NCBI GenBank assembly: GCA_965237905.1 | Contig: OZ250172.1 | Span: 2,688,001 to 2,752,000 of the forward strand | Reading direction: 5' to 3' | Length of the DNA: 64,000 nt | From: Nitrospinaceae bacterium | GTDB lineage: Bacteria > Nitrospinota > Nitrospinia > Nitrospinales > Nitrospinaceae | Part shown: positions 59,940 to 64,000 of the stretch, piece by piece | Layout: each line of letters opens with the position of its first letter | Numbering within the stretch: the stretch's first letter is position 1 | Notes under the pieces: model-generated | The model's database searches: none | What the model saw: only the letters and a program-made list of their open reading frames with translations | Told to the model about the DNA's origin: nothing | Program-made: the position numbers and the translations under genes

Positions 59940-60425
59940 TCAATTCATTGGCCCGATCAACGGTTGCCGTTTGTTGATGGGATAATCTTTGCGCAGGGGA
60001 TGGCCCTTGAACTCTTCGTAAAGCAATATGCGTTTCATGTTGGGATGCCCCTTGAATTTAATACCGTAGAGATCCCAAACCTCCCGCTCGAACCAGTTGG
60101 CCGATTTGTACAACCGGTCCAGAGTGTCCACCAGACAGTCATCTTCATCCACCGGAACTTTCAATCGCACCCGGTGGTTGAGCTTCGAAGAGTAAAAGTG
60201 ATAAACCACTTCAAATCGTTGTGGTTTGCGGTCCATGTAATCGACCGCCGTCAGGTCCATCAAAAAATCCATGTCAAGAGAGGGTTCGTCTTTCAGGAAT
60301 TGCGTGACTTCAACGATCTTTTCTTTCTGGAGGGTAACGGTTTGATCCCCGCGAAAATTATGATCTTCCAGGACCGCGTCTGCGAACCGGTCTTTTATTT
60401 TTTGGATAATGTTGGTATCACTCAT
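59940..60425 (-). CDS. nuoC: NADH-quinone oxidoreductase subunit C
   Basis: DLTAVD, ANWFEREVWDLYG and GHPLRKDYP. Confidence 0.94.
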   Translation of the reverse strand: MSDTNIIQKIKDRFADAVLEDHNFRGDQTVTLQKEKIVEVTQFLKDEPSLDMDFLMDLTAVDYMDRKPQRFEVVYHFYSSKLNHRVRLKVPVDEDDCLVDTLDRLYKSANWFEREVWDLYGIKFKGHPNMKRILLYEEFKGHPLRKDYPINKRQPLIGPMN

Positions 60426-60443
60426 AGCTGATTCAATGACCGA

Positions 60444-60800
60444 TCACTCCCAGTCAAGTCCTCCCCGGATCCAGACATACATCAACCCTACGCCGAGGAT
60501 GATGATAAACACCAGCATTTCAATAAGGCCGAACAAGCCGAGCTTTTTATAAATTATGGCCCAAGGGAAAAGAAATACGGCTTCTATGTCAAACAGGATG
60601 AAAAGAACCGCGACCAGATAGAATTTGACTGAAAAGCGTTGGTAGGGAGAAACAAGCTGGGACTCGCCGCATTCGAACGGTTCCATTTTGTCGGCGAATT
60701 CACGTTTGGGGCCTAAAAGCGAGGTGGCGACCACCATCCCTACGGCGATTGCCGTGGCTATCAGCAAAAGAATGGCCGCGCCTGTATAGGATTCCAGCAT
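60444..60800 (-). CDS. nuoA: NADH-quinone oxidoreductase subunit A
   Basis: PFECG, FDIE and GGLDWE. Confidence 0.95.
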   Translation of the reverse strand: MLESYTGAAILLLIATAIAVGMVVATSLLGPKREFADKMEPFECGESQLVSPYQRFSVKFYLVAVLFILFDIEAVFLFPWAIIYKKLGLFGLIEMLVFIIILGVGLMYVWIRGGLDWE

Positions 60801-61224
60801 GCGTTTACTCCGTTATGTTTCCAAACTCAATATGGCGGACATGTTTCCCGCAAAAGCTCATAAAAAAGGGTCTTGGCTTTCCTTTGGATTATATGACAAA
60901 AGAGAGCCGGGTAAAACCCCGTAAAATCTTTAAAAATCAAGAGTTAATCCGTTTGTCCGGAAGGGGACGAGTCCTCGAAAAGACCTGCAAAATGGTGACG
61001 CGGGATACTACTCTATGGAGGGTGGGTTGTCAACGAAAAAGCGTTAAAATCAGCCGCTTTCGAGGGGGTTTGCCCTTCTGAATCAGTGACAAAGAGTATG
61101 ACCTTGGCAGGGCATTATTTCTACCGGGTCGGCTTGCCAGAGGGGCATAAATTCGGTAAGGTAAAGTGTTGATTCCTTTTGAATTTTGTCCATTTAACAA
61201 GGTAGAGAAGGTGAAAGGGGAGGC

Positions 61225-62328
61225 ATGATCCATTTTAAAGGGTGGGGGCGGTGGTCAGGCGTTTGTTGGATCCTGGGGCTGTGCTTGGTGCTGAGCTGGG
61301 GATTGCCAGCACAGGCGCAGGAGACGGCAAGCAAGTGCTATAAGCGGGACTATACCTTTAATTTTCTCGCCGAGAACGATCTCTGGGGCAGTGGTTCGGA
61401 CAAGCATTTCACTCACGGAACCCGCCTATCCCTGGTCGAGTCCCGGAAAAAGCACAAGGAGGAGGGCGACTGCCAACCCGACGACGATTTTCATTTCATG
61501 GATCTGGTGCGGACGATCTCCGACCATACGCCGCCGGGCTGGCTGGGGTTCGAGGCCGATCAGGTCAGTTTCATCCTGGGCCAGAACATCTTCACCCCGG
61601 AGGATATCTCCAACCCGAATCTGATCGTGAATGACCGGCCCTATGCGGGATGGCTGTATTTCGGCATCGGATTGATCGACCCGCATGAGAAGGCCGATAT
61701 CCCTTACTTCGATATAGTGGAGTTGGACTTGGGAATCGTGGGGCCGGAATCCTATGCTCAGGATGTTCAAACCTGGTGGCATAAAAATATTTCCGACTCG
61801 CCCCGGCCGGAGGGCTGGGACAATCAGCTCAAAAACGAGGCGGGGATTTTACTCAACTTGGAACGCAAATGGCTCATGGAATTGACACCTCAAAATTACG
61901 AGGGTTTGCAGGTGGACTTTCTTCCGAGTGTGGGGGCGGCTCTGGGGAATGTCTACACTTACGCTTCTGCCGGAGGGATGTTCCGGTTGGGGGTGAACTT
62001 GCCGGTGGACTACGGTCCCCCGCGCATCCGGCCCGGCGCTCAGGGCTCCGACTTTTTTCAGTATGACAAAAAGAAACCGGTCAGCTGGTACGCCTACGCC
62101 GGTGTAGAGGGCAGGGCGATGGCCGTGAACATCTTTCTCGATGGCAACACTTTCGCCGACAGCCACAGCGTCGACAAGAAAATATTCGTCGGCGACTTTC
62201 ACACCGGATTCGTGCTGGTGATTTATCACGCTCGACTGGCCTTCTCGCAGGTGTTCCGTTCGTCCGAGTTCAACGGCCAGCAAGAACTCAGCGAATTCGG
62301 CTCCATCAATCTCTCCGTCACGTGGTGA
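61225..62328 (+). CDS. lpxR: Lipid A 3-O-deacylase LpxR family outer-membrane protein
   Basis: END, FTHG, GQNIFTP, DRPYAGWL, GWDNQL and NIFLDGN; terminal W. Confidence 0.85.
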   Translation: MIHFKGWGRWSGVCWILGLCLVLSWGLPAQAQETASKCYKRDYTFNFLAENDLWGSGSDKHFTHGTRLSLVESRKKHKEEGDCQPDDDFHFMDLVRTISDHTPPGWLGFEADQVSFILGQNIFTPEDISNPNLIVNDRPYAGWLYFGIGLIDPHEKADIPYFDIVELDLGIVGPESYAQDVQTWWHKNISDSPRPEGWDNQLKNEAGILLNLERKWLMELTPQNYEGLQVDFLPSVGAALGNVYTYASAGGMFRLGVNLPVDYGPPRIRPGAQGSDFFQYDKKKPVSWYAYAGVEGRAMAVNIFLDGNTFADSHSVDKKIFVGDFHTGFVLVIYHARLAFSQVFRSSEFNGQQELSEFGSINLSVTW

Positions 62329-62659
62329 CCGGGCCACACCCGGAGGAAACTTTTAAAACTGTTGGTGACAGATAGAGTGTGAGGTTCCATGCCACTAAAT
62401 TCTTTCTTTAAGTGGCTCTCCCCATTTACCCCTTCCGATATTATCCCCCTTCGGTTTTGTATGAAACCCACCTCGGGACTCCCCGGCGCCGTAAATTAAA
62501 TCCCTTAATAAACAGCAAGTTATAAGCAAAATAGGTGCGGGTCATTGTATTCCGATAATCCGCTTGGTAGCCTTTTCGCAAGGTTGCAGGAATATAAACC
62601 CGGTTGCTCATAACTGTTTGTTGCCAGTTGGATTTCCGACGAATTTGGGAGAAAGAGCT

Positions 62660-63415
62660 ATGGTTTTGCTTATTGAGAAATTGCGCGTACCTATTTTAAT
62701 TCTAAGTTTGGCCCTGTTTAATATTTCATGTGCGTCTAATGGCGGACCGGTTGCCAGCAATAGCGGGTCCGGGCCGGTGATCGAGGTTCCCGAACCGACT
62801 CCGGAAGAACCTGCCCCTCCTGCAGAAGACGAGCCCGCCACCCTGCCCGAATTGAATGCCTGTAAAAAGTACGATCGGGTAGCGAAAAAAAACCGGACGG
62901 ATTTTTTTAAACCGACCCCTCGTATTATCGGCGCCGAAGTCAAAATTGTCGGGGGAACCACCGCTGCCATTGGCGGATGGCCGTGGGCCGCTGCCATCGC
63001 TTTTGAAGCGGAAGATGGCAGCTTGAACCAATTTTGCGGTGGGTCGCTCATTGCCGAAAACTGGGTGGTGACTGCGGCTCACTGTGATGTGCGTCCCCAA
63101 GAGAAAGTAATCCTGGGAAGGCACGACCTGACCACCGACCAGGGACAGGTCTTCGGCATCAAACGGGTCATCAGCCATTGTAATTACGATCCTGTCCGAA
63201 ACAACTCCGACATCGCCTTGATCGAGCTCCAACCTGAGCCCGGATTTGAACAACGACCGCTTCCTCTGATCGATCCTCAGGACACCCTGGCGCAACCGGA
63301 AGATAAGGCGACGGTCATCGGCTGGGGACGGGTGATAGAAGGGGGCAACGCGTCTGCCGTTTTAAGGCAGGTGGAAATTCCTATTGTCAGCAATCAAACC
63401 TGTGAACAGTCCTAG
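62660..63415 (+). pseudogene. Trypsin-like S1 serine protease lipoprotein, C-terminally truncated
   Basis: IVGG, CGGSLI, TAAHC, DIAL and GWG are present; the ORF stops at CEQS* before the GDSGGP catalytic-Ser motif. Confidence 0.7.
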
Positions 63416-63450
63416 GTTTGCTCTTGGGTTTAAGGGGAGACACTTCGCAT

Positions 63451-63485
63451 AAAAAAACCCGCTCTGGGTAACCAGAGCGGGTTTT
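63451..63485 (-). terminator. rRNA operon terminator
   Basis: AAAACCCGCTCTGG-GTAA-CCAGAGCGGGTTTT with a U run on the minus strand, just downstream of 5S. Confidence 0.85.
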
Positions 63486-63494
63486 AAAGAATTA

Positions 63495-63611
63495 ACCCGG
63501 CGTTGACCTACTCTCCCACACAGTCTCCCGTGCAGTACCATTGGCGCTGGAGGGCTTAACTACCGTGTTCGGAATGGGAACGGGTGTGGCCCCTCCGCTA
63601 ACAAGACCGGG
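63495..63611 (-). rRNA. rrf: 5S ribosomal RNA
   Basis: Reverse complement contains CACACCCGTTCCCATTCCGAACACGG..GTTAAG and GGGAGAGTAGG. Confidence 0.95.
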
Positions 63612-63732
63612 AAAAACTTACAGCGTGTCATCCTGAATGTGTCTTAGGATGACGAATTTATCGACAATTGAACATCGTAGTAAGTAACTGAAGGAGAGGG
63701 TGAAGAGTATTCACCCTCTCCGGGAATTTTTT

Positions 63733-64000
<268 letters not shown>

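Noticed and set aside
63620..63725. Two strong hairpins in the 23S-5S spacer
   Set aside because: Consistent with ordinary rRNA spacer structure; no tRNA or ORF seen.

Overview
This is mostly housekeeping DNA from a Gram-negative bacterium. The gene set (FGE-sulfatase and TPR proteins, a NirJ/Ahb-type radical SAM enzyme, CysO/MoeB sulfur-carrier genes) suggests Nitrospinota or a deltaproteobacteria-like lineage, but that is inference only. In order, the window holds: manC (runs off the left edge); an AT-rich islet of three immunity-like genes; a ZIP transporter; a heterodimeric ABC exporter; rlpA; an accessory cassette (membrane protein, FG-GAP/ASPIC protein, Cys-motif membrane protein, UDG, YHS); a cysK-thrC-sulfur carrier-moeB-cysM-ferredoxin cluster; a REP-rich stretch with a DUF559 nuclease between inverted palindromic repeats; the radical SAM gene; tsaB, rnd and mutL; dNK-panBCD; glgA, coaBC, copA, apbE, a CLC-CBS protein, rpe and tatA; a complex I operon nuoA-C-H-I-J-K-L-M-N; lpxR; a truncated trypsin; and the 5S gene plus the 3' end of the 23S gene. 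The best leads are: (1) a pan-type leader before panB in which hairpin, antiterminator and terminator are all readable; (2) a glycine-riboswitch-like RNA with an altered core before a small secreted Lys/Met-rich protein; (3) a CLC lacking both proton-coupling glutamates; (4) the nuo operon with no nuoB/D/E/F/G; (5) the ThrC plus sulfur-carrier cluster; (6) the DUF559/REP mini-element. All calls come from motif recognition by eye; no searches or folding programs were run.
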